From assembly GCA_964016885.1 (NCBI GenBank), contig OZ024748.1:13082001-13146000 (forward strand): 64,000 bases of DNA. Direction: 5' to 3'. How positions within the stretch are numbered: the first letter of the stretch is position 1; each line of letters opens with the position of its first letter. The notes beneath the pieces were generated by a model that worked only from the letters and a program-made list of their open reading frames with translations, made no database searches and was not told the DNA's origin. This document shows positions 62,885 to 64,000 of this stretch, piece by piece. The translations under genes were made by a program, and so were the position numbers. This DNA comes from Eledone cirrhosa. Lineage: Eukaryota.

Positions 62885-62961
<77 letters not shown>

Positions 62962-63345
62962 GTGGTGGTGATGGTGGTGATGACGATTATAATGAAGATG
63001 ATTTCAATAGTTATGATGATGATGATGATAGCGACGATATTGTTTAGGATAATGATGATGATGATGATGATGATGATGATAATTTTAATGGTGATGTTGA
63101 GGACAACGATGACGAAAAAGATGATAATGTTGTTGGTGATGATGATGATGATGATGATGTCAACGATGATGATGATAATGACGATGATGACGATGATGAT
63201 GATGACGATGATGATGACGATGATGACGATGATGACGATGTTAATGATGACGATGATGATGACGATGATGATGATGATGATGACGATGATGATGATGATG
63301 ATAATGATGATGATGATGGTGATGGTGATATCAGTAGTGATGATG
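62885..63345. repeat. (GAT)n/(GAC)n microsatellite
   Basis: Direct reading of the sequence. Confidence 0.9.
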
Positions 63346-63459
63346 TTTATGTCGGTATTTCTCATTCTTTCTACAGACCAGTTACAACTGGTTATATTGT
63401 TGTTTGTCTCTAGTGTTGTTGGCTATGTTTAGCACTTTCTTGTCATTTCTTGTATTCAA

Positions 63460-63645
63460 GGGTGGTGGATTGGTAGTACTGGTAGAGTATCGCGGACACC
63501 CTGCTATGGGGCAGAGAGTTACGGCCCTTTACCTTCTCAGTTCAAATCCCGACAAGGTTAGCTTTGCCTGTCATCCTTACGAGATCGATAAAATAAAGCA
63601 CCAGTAACATACTGGGGTCGATTTAAACGACTTTCCCCTCCCCTC
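63460..63645 (+). mobile_element. SINE family A, diverged long variant
   Basis: Box A and box B plus the central domain. Confidence 0.8.
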
Positions 63646-63785
63646 ACAGGATCGTCAGAGCTCGCAGGTGAATCTCTAGAGTAACAAGACTCACTAGTTA
63701 GCCATAATAAGTGAATATTTAAACTCTAGTTCGGTATTCAGTCCCCTTTTCCCTCGTCCGTCAACTACATACTTACGGATATCTT

Positions 63786-63819
<34 letters not shown>

Positions 63820-63820
<1 letters not shown>

Positions 63821-64000
63821 ACGAAGGAAATGTGGTAAGGAACCAGGTGGACCATAACGCACCAAAGTACTCAATACTTAGGGTAGTAGAGTGGGTAATA
63901 GGAACGAGTAGGACCCCGACGGCTGAGCTCAAGCCGTTTCGACGGCTAATTCTGGACCAGAGTCCAGAATTAGCCGTCGAAACGGCTTGAGCTCAGCCGT
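63820..64000 (-). mobile_element. Family F copy (runs off the window end)
   Basis: Near-identical to the 21890-21985 tail; fold-back centred ~63959. Confidence 0.72.

Noticed and set aside
60947-63432. Long His/Thr/Pro-, Met- or Asp-rich ORFs (up to 366 aa)
   Set aside because: Open in several frames on both strands because of low-complexity repeats; no domain or splice support.

Overview
Eukaryotic (animal) genomic DNA, very AT-rich and saturated with (TA)n, (CA)n, (ATGT)n, (GAT)n and (AGT)n microsatellites. Almost all ORFs in the supplied track are translation artefacts of these repeats. The repeat content (two tRNA-derived SINE families resembling octopod SINEs) suggests an octopus-like cephalopod (inference). 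The only host coding sequence I can support is a 182-bp internal exon of Distal-less/Dlx (53931-54112, +), which the ORF track misses. It encodes homeodomain residues 1-44 with AG/GT boundaries, so much of the window is probably Dll intron. The main hidden signal is that many short islands inside (TA)n tracts are 3' ends of Penelope-like retroelements (PLEs) from at least 8 families. They carry minimal type I hammerhead ribozyme (HHR) folds: about 10 near-complete motifs and about 20 partial ones. Many are folded back into palindromes whose centres fall on ribozyme elements. A decayed PLE RT + GIY-YIG ORF lies at about 9284-10720. Also present: two RTE LINE fragments, two Tc1/mariner-type MITEs and several minisatellites. 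All structures were read by eye; no folding program or database search was run.
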